From Chrysochromulina tobinii (taxonomy: Eukaryota), in assembly GCA_001275005.1 (NCBI GenBank), contig JWZX01002202.1, forward strand, positions 1-40,468: a stretch of 40,468 nucleotides of DNA, written 5' to 3'. Below, piece by piece: positions 40,393 through 40,468 of this stretch. Below the pieces are notes generated by a model. The model was not told the origin of the DNA. It ran no database searches and saw only the letters and a list, made by a program, of their open reading frames with translations. Position 1 is the first letter of the stretch, and the number at the start of each line of letters is the position of its first letter. The translations under genes were made by a program, and so were the position numbers.

Positions 40393-40468
40393 CTCGACAA
40401 CTCGACAGAACTCGACAGGATACTCGACAGCTACTCGACAGGATAGCTCGACAGACCTCGACAGAACT
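40393..40468. repeat. Degenerate CTCGACAG minisatellite running off the window end
   Basis: Seven CTCGACA cores spaced 8-13 bp apart. Confidence 0.85.

Overview
Gene-dense, GC-rich eukaryotic DNA with spliceosomal introns (14 GT-AG, 1 GC-AG, reconstructed by hand). The composition and repeat-built introns suggest a microalga, probably a haptophyte such as Chrysochromulina; this is inference only. About 22 protein-coding genes can be supported: a centrin-like protein, an acyl-protein thioesterase, a Lon-N-domain protein, a chromodomain protein, a BAH-plus-multi-TM protein, a PH/coiled-coil/UVR protein, a MOT1-type molybdate transporter, an M16A insulinase, a polyQ zinc-knuckle protein, GLTP, METTL21-like and SMYD-like methyltransferases, Mpv17/PMP22, a TLC protein and several hypotheticals. 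Main findings: (1) a six-exon gene (32971-35111, minus) fuses a PhnZ-type HD di-iron oxygenase to a PhnY*-type Fe/2OG dioxygenase, a candidate single-polypeptide oxidative C-P bond cleavage pathway. (2) A tandem pair of ~370-bp highly structured non-coding elements has GTCTTC...GAAGAC ends, and its hairpin spacer recurs exactly (25 nt) 12 kb away in a Helitron-end-like context. (3) Introns are built from ~10-bp CTGAT/CCGAT repeats, are mostly phase 0, and several have 6-9 bp boundary duplications. No rRNA, tRNA or CRISPR array was seen. Product calls come from motif recognition by eye; no database search was run.
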